Below are positions 1 through 13,445 of a DNA stretch of 64,000 nt, one piece after another (the stretch's first letter is position 1; the number at the start of each line of letters is the position of its first letter). Origin of the DNA: Eledone cirrhosa (lineage: Eukaryota); contig OZ024744.1 in the NCBI GenBank assembly GCA_964016885.1, positions 24,552,001 through 24,616,000 on the forward strand, in the 5' to 3' direction. A model generated the notes under the pieces. It was not told the DNA's origin. It searched no databases and worked only from the letters and a program-made list of their open reading frames with translations. Both the position numbers and the translations under genes were made by a program.

Positions 1-7
1 TGAGACT

Positions 8-658
8 GTGTCGATGAGTGTGGGGCTGAGAATGAATGAGACTAAAACAAAATATATGGTAGAGAATGTTGAGAAGCCAGAGGGGATCACTAATGTAGGC
101 GGGAAGCCGCTGGAATTGGTTGAGGACTTCCTGTATTTGGGAGCAAAGATTGGGAATACGGAAGATGATGTGGTTGAGAGGAAGAGCAAGGCCTGGGCGG
201 CGTGCCACAGCTTGAGATCAGTGTGGAAGTCGGACCTTCGTAGAGACCTGAAAATCCGCCTCTTCATTGCTGTAGTGGAGTCTGTGCTGCTGTATGGGTC
301 TGAGACTTGGACACTGACCAAGAAACTCACTCAGATGGTGGATGGGTGCTACACGAGAATGCTGAGGATGGCTCTGAACATTAATCAGTATACACTGAGG
401 ATGAAAAACTCAGAGCTCTATGGGAGCATCCCAAAAGTCAGCTCAAAAGTGACACAGAGGAGACTGAGGTTGGCTGGACATGCTCACCGACATCCAGAGT
501 TGACATTGCACTCAGTGCTACTTTGGGAGCCCCTACATGGACACACTAGAAGGGGAAGACCAAGGTTAACATATGTTGATGCCCTAAGAACAGACACTGG
601 TCTGTTGGAGACACCTTTCAGCTTGGCACAAGCTAATGCCGTAGCGGCGATGAATTAG
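8..658 (+). pseudogene. C-terminal RT/thumb fragment of an RTE-like non-LTR retrotransposon (runs off window start)
   Basis: ORF motifs GLRMNETKTKYM, VEDFLYLG, ESVLLYGSETW, RRLRLAGH and RRGRPRLTY are typical of RTE-clade LINE ORF ends. Confidence 0.85.
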
Positions 659-3600
659 TTTAGCGAGGTTTTTTATATGAAATCGTGTGTCGAAACAGAT
701 ATTGTTATACTTGGGGAGGGTCATATTTGTGTAATATTGCCAGAATTAATAACAGAACACACTCACTGTTTGGTTGGTTTTCGCTTCTCGCTGTCTTTTA
801 TATCTGCGATCTAACTTACAATGTTGCCATTGACTGACCGACGGTCAAAAATGATACAGATACAATATAGACACAAACACATATATATAGTTTACATAAT
901 TTACATAAATCTTTCGTTGCACATCTGCAACATCGTCAGTGGTGTTATATTTTTTCCTCCTGTTGTGTTGTATGTCTACGCCATTTTTTATTCAGTCTGT
1001 CTATATATTTATTTATTTATTTGTTGTTTGTTTATTTTATTTTGTCTTCTTTGCGCATGCGTTTGCGTGTGTGTATAGTGTTATGTGTGATGTGTGACTA
1101 GTGTGTATAGTGTTGTGTCTGCTGGGTGACTAGTGTGTGTTTATGTGCTTGTTGTTATTGTGCTTGTGTATGTATTTATTTATCTTATTTTATTTTATTT
1201 TATTTTATTTACTTATTTATACTTCTCTTAGGTCAGTGTTGTTTGTTTGGGTGTTGTTGTCGTTCCACTCATTCTTTCTGTTTAGCTTTGGTCTTCTTAT
1301 TTCTATTCCACTGGCCTCTCTGATTTGCCTATCTGCTGGGTCATTCCTATGTTTAGATATTATTCTAATTTCTATGTTGTCTATGTTACTGTCATGTTGT
1401 TGTCTAGCATGTTCGTATAGTACTGACCCGTTTTTTCGTCCTTTTAGTTCCCCCCAGTGTTGGTCTATCCTTTCACCTATGCTACGAGCTGTCTCACCTA
1501 TGTATGTTGTTGTCATGTTTCTGCAAGTACCCTCTGTACATCTTATGCTATAGACTACGTTTCTAATTTTACAGTTTATCCGGGGGTTCACCTTACATAT
1601 GATACATATGATACATCCTAAAGCCAAGTAGACGCACTGCCAACAACTTCCAGGCGTCTAACAATGGCATACCACCCTTGTATGGGCTCCGCAAAGACCA
1701 CAAGACAGTCGACGATCCGACAACAGGACCACCAACAAGACCCGTATGCGGATCTAATATAGCTAGCAACTACAGGATCTCCTACTTCCTCTCAATGGTT
1801 ATACGCCCCATAATCAAGATGTCCCCAGATGTATGTGAAAGTACAGAGGACCTCCTCAGCAGAATCAGTGAGTGCAACAAAAACAGGAGCCTATCCAACT
1901 GCATAATAGGCAGCATGGATGTGGTGTCACTGTACCCATCCATTAACATTGATTTTGCTGTGAAAAGATGTGTGTAGATGATCATTGAGAGTGAGGTGGA
2001 GTTCTGCGACGTCGACACAGACGAACTGGGCCTCCTACTTAGACTTACTTACGACACTGACTACCTAGACAGCCATGACCTTAGATGTTTCTGCCCTAGT
2101 AGACCTATAAGAGGTAGACCCCCCACCATAACCTCAATGGCAAAAAAGACTCCCATGGGAAGGTGGATTGGGTGGACCAAAGCTATACGGACCCCCCAAA
2201 ACACTGATCAGGTAAGAAAAATGGTCGCACATGCAATAGGGGCTAGTATGAAAACTACCCTAAAGGGCCACATATTTAAGTTCAATGAGAAAATCTACAC
2301 CCAAAAGGAGGGAGCAGCCATCGGCGTCAGCATAGCTGGTGATGTTGCCAACCTTTTCATGGTATGGTGGGAAAGGAGACTTAAAGATCTCCTTAATTAA
2401 AGCTCCATAGACCTCATCATGTACTCTCGTTATGTAGACGATATCAATATAGTTATAAGAACACCCCCACTAGAGAGCACTAACAAGTTTGATTTAGAGC
2501 GTAGCACGATGGAAAGCATCCAGCAGATAGCTAATTCCATACACCAGAGTATAACTGTAACTATCGACTTCCCTTCCAAACACCCTAACAATAGACTACC
2601 TGTATTAGACACAGAACTCTGGATTAACACTATAGACGAGAGAGCCCAAATTCTCCACTCACACTATGCTAAACCCATGGCCTCCAAATACCTGATACTC
2701 AAAAACTCAGCAATGTCCAGTAGTGCTAAGTTTAATATTCTGATCGCAGATTTGGTACGAGTGATGAAGAATGTGTCCAGCATGTGTGACCCAACAGAAA
2801 TGGAAAGAGACATCCAACACTTCATCAACCGCATGCAGTTCTCTGGCTACAACCAAAGAGACAGAGTCAGAGTATACGAAGGAGCCATGGAGAAGTATAA
2901 GACCCTCATAGAACTGGACATGAAAGGAATTTGCCCATTATACAGGAGCAAATCATGGAATAGCTTAGATAGGGCTAGACATAAGATAGGGAAGGCCACA
3001 TCATGGTACGACAACCAGAGATATCAGAGTGTCATGTTTGTGGACGCCACCCCCGGAGGGAAATTAGCTAACCAGTGTAGAAAAGCCCTTGGAAAGACCC
3101 ACTTAAAAATAAAGGTGGTAGAAAAGCCAGGAACCACCATAAAATCCCTGATAAGCAAAACCTACCCTTTTAAGAAAACCCAGTGTACCAATAGGAAATG
3201 TATCATATGTAAGGTGAACCCCCGGATAAACTGTAAAAATAGAAACGTAGTCTATAGCATAAGATGTACAGAGGGTACTTGCAGAAACATGACAACAACA
3301 TACATAGGTGAGACAGCTCGTAGCATAGGTGAAAGGATAGACCAACACTGGGGGGAACTAAAAGGACGAAAAAACGGGTCAGTACTATACGAACATGCTA
3401 GAGAACAACATGACGGTAACATAGACAACATAGAAATTAGAATAATATCTAAACATAGGAATGACCCAGCAGATAGGCACATCAGAGAGGCCAGTGAAAT
3501 AGAAATTAGAAGACCAAAGCTAAACAGAAAGAATGAGTGGAACAACAACAACACCCAAACAAACAACACTGACCTAAGAGAAGTATAAATAAGTAAATAA

Positions 3601-4121
3601 AATAAAATAAAATAAGATAAATAAATACATACACAAGCACAATAAAAACAAGCACATAAACACACACTAGTTACACAGCACACATAACACTATACACACA
3701 CGCAAACGCATGCGCAAAGAAGACAAAATAAAATAAACAAACAAGCAAATAAATAAATAAAAATATAGACAGACTGAATAAAAAATGACGTAGACATACA
3801 ACACAACAGGAGGAAAAAAATATAACACCACTGACGATGTTGCAGATGTGCAACGAAAGATTTATGTAAATTATGTAAACTATATATATGTGTTTGTGTC
3901 TATATTGTATCTGTATCATTTTTGACCGTCGGTCAGTCAATGGCAACATTGAGGACCGAGTAAGTTAGATCGCAGATATAAAAAACAGCGAGAAGCGAAA
4001 ACCAACCAAACAGTGAGTGTGTTCTGTTATTAATTCTGGCAATATTACACAAATATGACCCTCCCCAAGTATAACAATATCTGTTTCGATACACGATTTC
4101 ATATAAAAAACCTCGCTAAAC
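659..4121 (+). mobile_element. Penelope-like element, 5'-truncated, with an inverted copy of its 3' end/pseudo-LTR at the 5' side
   Basis: 659-~1617 is the reverse complement of ~3200-4121. An RT plus GIY-YIG ORF lies between the arms, and the 3' end abuts (TA)n. Confidence 0.9.
1678..3588 (+). pseudogene. PLE reverse transcriptase plus GIY-YIG endonuclease; one frame with two nonsense codons (1975-1977, 2398-2400)
   Basis: ORFs 1678..1977, 1978..2400 and 2419..3588 share a frame. Motifs: YGLRKDHK, RPVCGS, SMDVVSLYPSI, QKEGAAIG, RYVDD, LPVLD, Cys-rich linker, NVVYSIRC...YIGETARSIGERIDQH, IREASEI. Confidence 0.9.
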
Positions 4122-4259
<138 letters not shown>

Positions 4260-4261
4260 CC

Positions 4262-4947
4262 ACTTTATTCATATGTAACCCACTTGCAACTCCGCAGCAC
4301 GTTTATTCTCATACTTACTAATATTATTTTCTCCCGCTGTGACCCGTCTATTTCGTTCTTACTGCTTCCTCTTTCTCTGTATCTTTACCTTCTCTAACAG
4401 TCACTCTCTCTGTTAGCCTCTTCCTCGCCCTTCACTCACTCACTCTCTGTTACTACCTCTCCTCCTCCTCCTTCTTCCCGTTTGACCTGTGCATAATTCT
4501 TTTCTTTCGCACGCTTGGCCAGGCCGGTCGGCATTTTTTTTCTCTCTCTCGTCTACGATTTCACAGAACTTATGTTTACCGAATTCACAGACTAGACCCC
4601 TTTTTCCTCCCGTTAGACCTGTGCGTAATTCCTTCCTTGCTCACATTTCAACTAGGTTTGATGACTTTATTCTCTCTCGTTCACGATTTCACCGAACTTA
4701 TATTCATGGACAGTTTTGGACTTGTCTCGCTCTTCCTCACTTTACGTTGCTTCACCATCTTTGTTTGTTTACACTCTCGCTGTTCCCTTTATTTATATGT
4801 CCCAACGACTTTCTTTAGCCGTTGCTCGAACCAACCGGAGGTATATGGTCTTTAAAGCGAAGAAATACCGATGATGGTTGGAAGATCACTGATGAAGGAC
4901 CCCTTTATTCATATGTAACCCATTTGCAACTCCACAGCACGTTTATT

Positions 4948-4950
<3 letters not shown>
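4262..4950. repeat. ~690-bp non-coding segment with a ~46-bp terminal direct repeat, bounded by (TA)n on both sides (pLTR-like fragment)
   Basis: tttattcatatgtaaccca(c/t)ttgcaactcc(g/a)cagcacgtttattct occurs at ~4264 and ~4904. Confidence 0.5.
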
Positions 4951-5014
<64 letters not shown>

Positions 5015-5018
<4 letters not shown>

Positions 5019-8000
5019 TAATAAAAATAATGAATAAAAACAAAGAAACAGTTCCTTATATTAAAAAATTCATCATTTTACGATCGTTTCTAGGATATAT
5101 ATGTTTGTGTTGGTATGTATATCATATAGATCTATGTAAAATTTTTACAAACTATCAAAGGGAATATACATACCTACACATATATATGCTGTCTTCAGAA
5201 ATAATGATATTTGTTTATTGAAAAAAACCAACAAAGATTTAATATAATAGGTCTGTTTGGGAACAGGTTTTGAATTGACCAATAGAAAGGTAGTAAGTGG
5301 TCAAGATGGTAGAATAGTAGAAATAGAACTTTAATTTAGGGGTAGAGGAAAGCAGATTTCAGTTTTGAATGGAAAGAGTATGATGAATGAAAAGATTATT
5401 TTAGGGATGAAAATAGGTCAAGTCGGTAAAAGGTACACGGAGAATTGATGTTATAAAAGAATAATGCTAATGTAAATATCTAAGGAGAATAAAATTTTAC
5501 GATAAATGTGTTAGTAAAAAATATCAATCTTATTTAAAATATAGGAAATTTACATCTATAAAAAGAAAAGAAATTAATTAAATTGATAGGTAAATTTATA
5601 TTGATAAATTTATATTAATTCATATAGATATGATAAATAAGAGTTAGATGTAATTGAAGAGTGCTGTTAAAAACGAAGAGAAAATAAAAAAATAATTATT
5701 ATTATTATTTGCGGGGGGGGGGGTAAATTTATTAGTGAGAAATAACAAATTTATATAGATTATAAGGAACATAAAATCATAACCTGCAATTAAAATAGTT
5801 TATATGTATACTTATTGGTATAAATTTTAGGAAAAGATAGCTGTAAAAGGGAAATAAAATTATGCAGTTCATAAGTAGTAGAATATTAATTATAGGTTAA
5901 CTAATTTAAAAAAAGTGTTATTATAATAATTTCTAAAGTGTATATTAATTAGGTTTATAATATTTAAAAGTTCTTCTCGGTTTATGATTGCATGATATAA
6001 TTAATTCCTGTCGTTTATTTAATAGGATATACTTAGATTTCGTTATTTCAAAAAGTTCCTGGGAATATAATCTACATTCATATCTATTATTTTGATAAGG
6101 GGTGGCCCTTTTGAGCACACTCCAGGTCAGGTCATAATCTATATTCCTTTTTCTATAATTATTAATTATTTCAGCCAAGGATGGTGTATTAGCTAATGCG
6201 GCATTTTTAAAACTGTGTTTGTGGGTATTAAATCTTACTTTAAATTGGTTAGAAGTAGCTCCTATATATGAATAAGTTGAGTCCTTAGTGTTAACTTTAC
6301 ATTTATATACGATGTTATTAATAAGGCAATTTCTTTTTAATGGGCAATTTGCTTTGTTTCTACAGTTACAACCTTTCGTGAATGCTGTATCAGAAGAGAT
6401 AGTCAAATTAGGTGTGGAATTTCCACGACTTGTTATATATGAAGGAGATGGTGGTTTGCTGTGGTTTATTTTAGTATTATGGTTAGTTTGATGTATTGGT
6501 GGTATATTTATGGTTTTTTTTACATTTATATGCATTATAGGCACTTATATTTTGTTGTATATTTTTGGTTGTTGAGTAGGAGAATTTAACCGTTGATCTA
6601 TTTAAAATTTGATGGTATTTGTGGTTTGGCGGGAAGTTTTTCTCTAGGATAGTAAAAGATTTTTTAGGTATATTATCTTTAATTTGTAGATTAAATGGAG
6701 CATTATACCAAGTAACTCGTCTATTACGGTTTCGATGTTGTTTATTATTTTTATAGGATCTATCCTGATGTTTATTAAGAGAATTATTGTTAATGATTTC
6801 ACTACACATATTTTTAGTTAGATTCATTGATTTAGGTGTTTTAGCCTGTTTATTAGGAATTTTATTATTAACATATATTGGAGTATTAGGATGAATAGTT
6901 TTTTGAAAGTTACTATATTGTATATTAGAAGAGTTAAAGAAATTAAGTTTTATGTTGGTATTTTGGGGTATAGTGTGAGTGGCATTTAGGTGTGTATATT
7001 TCATTTGGTGTTTGTTGGTAATATTGGGTTGTATGTTTGTAGTGTTATTGGTACAAGATATATATACTAATTTGTTTTTGTGGCCACTTCTAGCTAAAGC
7101 TTCATTATAAAAGGTCGCATTTTTATCAAATACATCCTGGTTAGACGAAAGGTTAGAAATTCTGAGTGAGATATTATATGCTAGGTTTTTAAGGATAGAT
7201 TTAGGGTGATTAGATTGTGAGTGTATGTAATGTAAGTTTTGGTTAGGTTTATGGTAAGGTTGGTAGATACCCGTAGATAAGTCTAATGTTATATCAAGGA
7301 AATTAACTACTTTACTTGTGTTTTCAAATGTAATATCTAGGCTATAATAGTCTTTGAGGAAAGTTCTAATAAGTTTTTTTATTTTTTCAATTTCTGCTGG
7401 GCTAAGGTTATTGGAAAGAAGAAGACAGTCGTCACGATATAAACCACCTTTAAGGTGGGGAAAAGAAGCATTTATGTTAAATAGAAGAAAGAGGCCCACA
7501 AGATCGGTAATTTGGGCAGAATCACTTGAGCCCATAGTAATGTCGAATAGATTACTATATGTGTTTCTGGTCCAGTATTCTTTTTGAAATTCCAGTAGTG
7601 CTTGTCTAGCATGTGTGATAATATTAATGTCATCCATAGTTAAGTTTGATCTATTTTTGGCAAATATCAAGGCTTTGTTCAGGAGTATAGGTGATATAGA
7701 GGAATAATAAGTATCTATATCGAATTGTAGAAATGAAGCAGAAGATTTATTTCTAATATTAGTAAACCAGTTAATTACCTGGGATGTGTTTTCCAAGAGT
7801 GGTAAATTAACATGTTTTCTTAATTGTGGGATGACTCTATCTAAAATATTTTACTAATGATGCCAAATATCAGATTTGAAAGGGCATATAAGCCTTATAG
7901 AAGGATTAGAGTTAAAGTTAGATTTGTGATCTTTCAGGTTAAAATGTGGTTTTTTCAGTGCCAAAGGTTCAGTTCTATCTTCAATATTAAGTCTATTTAC

Positions 8001-8520
8001 TATGTTGTGTGTTTTGTTGTTGATGTTGGTAAGTGCCGCATTGTTTGTTTTTTTATAATTTTTCCTGAGTTCTTTATATATGAACTCATTGTAATTATCA
8101 ATATCCATGTGATACAGATTTCCAGTTTTGTCAGAGTGGACATGGATTTTGTTAGATTTTTTTAGATCCAGTAGGGTAGAATCAAGATCCTTTTGAAAAT
8201 TAGATTTATACTTCTTAAATTTGAGGTGTTTGATTAAGTTAAAAAGGTTTTTCTCAAAGTTTTCAAGTAAGGAGTTGTGTGGTGGGTTTTTATATGTAGT
8301 GAAATCATATAAATATTTCTTATCAGTACATTTTGTTTTTTTATCGAAGTGGTAGGCCCTCCATCTGACCCTTTTGATGAATTGGTTGGTTTTTTGTATC
8401 ATAAGAAGTAAGAATTCATCCTTAGAAGGTATTGGTATATTCTTTAAAGAAGTTCCCAAGTATTATTTTTCCATTGTGATATGGATAGTGGACAAGAAAA
8501 AGAGCTCAACTATATATATA
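5015..8520 (-). mobile_element. Naiad-type Penelope-like element (family 1), frameshifted, with long AT-rich 3' UTR/pLTR
   Basis: ORFs 7854..8459 (SLKNIPIPS, FIKRVRWRAY, SDKTGNLY, LKDHK), 6483..7796 (QFDIDTYYSSI, MGSSDSAQ, LYRDD, VNFLDITL, WYNAPF) and 5945..6544 (CNCRNKANCPLKRNC, NIVYKC...YIGAT, FKVRFNTH). Confidence 0.88.
5070..5207 (-). ncRNA. Type I hammerhead ribozyme motif with very long stem II, in the Naiad pLTR
   Basis: Minus strand reads tcattattt-CTGAAGA-(long imperfect stem II)-GAAA-c-gatc-g-TA-aaatgatga. Stem I is complementary, loop III is palindromic and the triplet is GUA. Confidence 0.7.
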
Positions 8521-8529
8521 GGGAGTTAT

Positions 8530-8567
<38 letters not shown>

Positions 8568-8688
8568 AGAATACCTTTATAAAATTAGGAGCAAAGTATG
8601 TAGATAAATCTACCAAAATGTACGGTAGTGTCCAATCCGTATGAAGAACTTAATGTAATCCGAATATCATGAAAAGAGAAGATGTATT

Positions 8689-8724
<36 letters not shown>

Positions 8725-9867
8725 ATACATTAACAGAGAAAGCTTTAAGCAATACTCCGACCGGCTTCCGTTTCACTCAACAAACATTAGGATATAGCTT
8801 AGTATAATCCCAATTATACGTTTGGGGGGCTAACTATACGTATTTTGCGGATAGCCAGTTGTATTATTTTATATGAGACATAATTAAAATACATCTCCCT
8901 TCCCAAACAATTGTTTCATTATAAGTTTTCTATAAATTGGAAAAATAATGTCCAGGTTATGTAGAAGCCTACACATAGTCCGTAGGAATATATGTAGGTG
9001 GGCACTTATAAATCATCAGTAGATGCCCGTCAAACATCGATATAGAAAAAATCCTTAACGATATTAATGATCAGTGATGGTGCCCTTCCGTGTCAGAATG
9101 ACCGCCAAATTTGAAATTCCAGCAGTCTCAGAATGAGAAATCTCAACCTGCTATCAAGCGGAAAGGGGAGGTCATAGCAAAACATAAGAGAATAAAATAA
9201 TATGCACGCGGGTCAAATAATTCTTTAAATAATTTTAACCTTGCGTGTGAAGAACTCAATTGGAAATAAATAAATAAATACACGCATATAGGTATTTTTT
9301 TAGGCTAAAAACAGAGATATGATACCGGAAGAACAATCAATATAATTGTTCTGCATCTCCTGCATTGAACCACCTAGGTACTATGACATAACTTATGTAT
9401 TTGCTAGCATTAGTGTACATCTGTACGCATATGTTGGTAAATATACTAATTCTCTATATTTATCTCCAAATTATTTATTTGCTGAGCAAACTTGCCAAAT
9501 CCACTACTAATTCATTGTAGTGGTAGTAGGCTTTTGTCATTATACCACCCCACTCCTTCTGACTAGCCTCAGTGTCACGTGATTGATTCTTTAGAATCTG
9601 CCATTTGACCAGAGACAGTGAACTTTTTCAGTGCTATGGAATTCAGTCCCCGCTAGCTGTTCCATCCACCGAATTATTATTTTTATATGAGTCCCTAGTG
9701 TCCGCGCATTGCCTGGAGACTTAGCTGAGAATAGACTCCCTGATGACGTAATGAGTTTTCGATGGTTACATTGCGTAACTATCTTTATCCCATTACAGAA
9801 ACTAATTAGTTGAAATTTTAGTAAAAATTTTAGTAAGTAAGTTAATTTTTAATTTTTATTTTACGTC

Positions 9868-9905
<38 letters not shown>

Positions 9906-10088
9906 GAAACGAAAAATCAGTTATGTATCTGAACTCAATTTGTTGTGTGTTACAATTGGTTCGCCGGCGGACAGCTCGAGACGCTATCATTGTGTGGATT
10001 AATCAGACAGATCCACACAATGATTGCGTCTCGAGCATAGAGTGCTCAACCGGCATACCGTCTATGGAACCATCTTAGCTACCATCAG

Positions 10089-10127
<39 letters not shown>

Positions 10128-10233
10128 GATAAATCTACCAAGAGTTTACGGTAGTGTCCAATCCGTATGAACTTATGTATTTATATGTATTTATATATGT
10201 ATATGTATGTGTCTCTATATGTATATATGTATG

Positions 10234-10266
<33 letters not shown>

Positions 10267-10540
10267 GTATGTATATATATATATATATGTATATATGTAT
10301 ATCGGTGTGTATTTTATGTATGAGTATATATTTTACTTGTTTATATTTTTTTTTATATATTTTTTTTAATATATTTCTTTTTATTTCTAAATTTATAGAT
10401 ACATTTTATAAATAGGCAGTTCTCTGACACCCTTAGTAATTACTGACCCCCTTCCTACTTCTGCATCTGGATGTAAAAATATATGTGGCAGTGTTTATGT
10501 GTGCGCCTTATATCCATATAGTTATAATAATAATATATAC

Positions 10541-10644
<104 letters not shown>

Positions 10645-10993
10645 TCGTGGGTATGTGTATGTTTATGTGTATATGCGCGTGTGTGTGTGAATGTATGTAT
10701 ATGTGTGTATATATGAATGTATATATGTTTATATACGTATGTGTATTTTATCTGTAGATTATAAACATACAGAGACATTAGCCCTGAATGTTTGTATTTA
10801 CATACATTTTTTCGACATGCGTATGCATGTGAACATATATTTTTATGCATATCTGTGAACGAAGTTACTTACATATATACACACACCTAACTGTATTTTC
10901 TTGATATATTTTTGTGTATTTCATTGGTCAATTTGAACTCTGTTCCCAAACAGACCTGTAATTTTGAATTGTTGTTATTATCAATAAATATAT

Positions 10994-11147
10994 TTCATTA
11001 TTTCTGAAGACGGCATATGTATGTGTTTGGTATGTATATTATATTTGATAGTTTGTATAATTTTGTATAATTGTGTACATAGATCTGTTGAATATGCATG
11101 CCAATTCTAACACACATATGTCCTAGAAACGATCGTTAAATAATGAA
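10994..11147 (+). ncRNA. Long-stem-II hammerhead motif in a solo pLTR fragment
   Basis: ttcattattt-CTGAAGA...GAAA-c-gatc-g-TT-aaataatgaa, with a perfect 10-bp stem I. Homologous to 5070-5207. Confidence 0.7.
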
Positions 11148-11203
11148 CTTTTTTTGTTTAATATAAGGAACTGTTTCATTGTTTTATTCATTATTTTTTT
11201 TAT

Positions 11204-11253
<50 letters not shown>

Positions 11254-11261
11254 CACACGTA

Positions 11262-12515
11262 ATAACAATTAATGGTGCTGCGATCTAAAATGGCTTTTTC
11301 GCGTAGCCAATGATCTAAAATGTCTTGCACAGATTTGGCAACCAAAACATTCACTGGGAATAGCCGGCTGTGGTTGGATTTCATGCACTTTTGCATGACA
11401 TTTGAGCCCTCCTGCTGGTCTACACTCTCTTCCATGTGCTTGGCAGACATGATGAGTAGCAGCTCCAACAGTAGTCTGGTAGTCAACCAGTGGTCTCACT
11501 TTATGACTGCGAAGATAACTTTCAAGTCCAGCTTTGCTTAGGCAGAATCTGACACAGACGCTGCATGTCAGTACCATAGAAGGACATTCGCTGTCTGGAA
11601 ATGCAACAGCAAGGCACTTCCTCATACCCCGCTTTACTTTCTCGTATGCGATTCGAGATGCCTCAAAGGCAACTTTTCCCTCATATACAGTCTTTCTTCA
11701 GTTATTACGATCATCAGCAACATTTTCCCATGTATCAGCAGAGATGTTAGCGTCTTTCAAAGGGGCTTTCAACGAATCCTTATACCTCTTTTTGGTTTAT
11801 GTGGAGGTCGTTTTCCTTTAACTAACTCTCCATAAAAGAGTTGTTTCGGTATTCTCGAATCATTCACCCTTGCAATGTGACCACTCCAACGGAGTCGTTG
11901 CTTAAGCACAAGAACTTCTATCCTTTCACACAGAGAGCTTCCCAAAATCTCGACATCACTGAAATGGTCCCTCGAGTGAACGCAATGGATCAGTCTGAGA
12001 CACATCTGATGGAAATGCTCCAATTGTTTAAGGTGGCGTTGATATGTGACCCAGGTCTCACAGGCATAAAGAAGAGAAGAGAGCACACATGCCTTGTACA
12101 CCTTTACCTTTGTCTTCTTGCATATGACTCGCCGACCCCAGAGTTGCCTTTCTAGCTTTCCGAAAGCATCCCTTGCTTTCCTAATCCTGAGTGGAATTTC
12201 ATTATCAAGATTGCTGTATCGATTGACAGTGCTTCCCAGGTAGACAAACTGATCAACCACTCCAAGTCGTTGACCATACACATAGATATTTGGTTCACTG
12301 TACTGCTTACCAGGGGCAGGTTGGTACATGACGGCGGTTTTATTGAAATTGACAGTCAATCCTAGGGCAGTGCAAGCATCAGAAAATGCATTCAAAATGT
12401 GCTGCATATCACTCTCTGTGTGCGCTACAAGATCCCAATCATCTGCATACAAGAGGTCTCTTATGATTGATGTAAATACTTTTGATTTTGCAGCGAAAGA
12501 GGGGACGTGCTCCAA
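11262..12515 (-). pseudogene. RTE/BovB-type LINE 3' portion with three C-terminal C2H2-like fingers
   Basis: LLYADD, FVYLGS, LLYACETW, LRWSGHIARV..SRIPKQLFYGEL; then CSVC..KAGLESYLRSH, CQAH..GGLKCHAKVH, CQIC..RKSHFRSQH. Confidence 0.9.
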
Positions 12516-12984
12516 TAAGCAGGCGGTCCATCTGCTGTCAACACCCGCTACGCGGAGGGCTGGGAATGCCGCGGCTGATGATGCGCAGACACGCGCTCAG
12601 GCTACGACATCTCCATCTCTTCCTCGACGGTGATCAGGTGTGGTCACCCTTTGCTGGTCGTATGTTTCCCCAGCTCGTCTCCTTATTAATTAATGCTATA
12701 GTGCAATGTCTATGCGTGTGATTATTTTTAAAGTGAGGAAAGACTGTGCACTGAGCCAATCCCATTCTCTGAGCGACAGTAGCTATAACCCGAAAAGAAG
12801 AAAAGATCAACATCATCGGTAACTACTGAGCCGCAGGTTTTATTGGGATGCCTTCTCCTAGAAGAATGCCCTGACACAGGCTAGGAGTCCTTCTCTCACA
12901 GTGGCTTAACTGCGCGATCGGGTATCCAGCCCGATTATTTCTATAAAAAATAAAACACATACATATCAAAACATATCAAAAACA

Positions 12985-13155
12985 AATGATGAGGAATATG
13001 TTGAGATAGATGGCACTAAGGAATACTGGTGGAACATGAAAATAAAAACTGTCACCAAATTAAAACACAACCGCCCTGATATTGTTGTTTGGGACCACGC
13101 ATTGAAAACGTGCTCTGTTGTAGAGATCAGCTTCCCACTTGATGTAAACGAAGTC
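12985..13155 (+). pseudogene. Short fragment of R4/Dong family A endonuclease region
   Basis: Close match to 16500-16670 (EYWWN..KLKHNRPDIVVWD..VVEIS). Confidence 0.8.
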
Positions 13156-13159
13156 ACAC

Positions 13160-13445
13160 ATTTTATATCAGTGTGACCTTCTCCTAGAGAGATGTCTTAA
13201 TGAAGACAAGTAGTCTCTCATTTCATAGGAAAATGAAACTTTAAAATACTTTATTGGATGTTCGTTGACTCAGCTGAGTTCCTCCGCCGTTTCACGGGTT
13301 TTGTTTTTTCATCCCGCATGGTGTACAAAATCACCCTCCTCACCAAGCAAGGTTCGTGGATTAGTCGGTTTAATCACCGACCACCCGACCATGCAGAGGT
13401 TGTACTGGGTTACATGTTACCAGTAGTACAGAAGAGTGACCTGAC
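13160..13445 (-). mobile_element. 5'-UTR fragment of an RTE-related element
   Basis: Shares ttctcctag, tcaccctcctcaccaag and ccgaccatg..gtactggg.tacatgttaccagtag..gtgacctgac with the bipartite elements at 20.6-21.1 kb and 29.3-30.4 kb. Confidence 0.6.

Noticed and set aside
4885-4910. CTGATGA near the 46-bp direct repeat
   Set aside because: No stem II closure or GAAA downstream.
9735-9795. CTGATGA followed by a cgtaatg/cattgcg stem
   Set aside because: It is followed by GTAA rather than GAAA and has no convincing stems I/III. At best a dead hammerhead.
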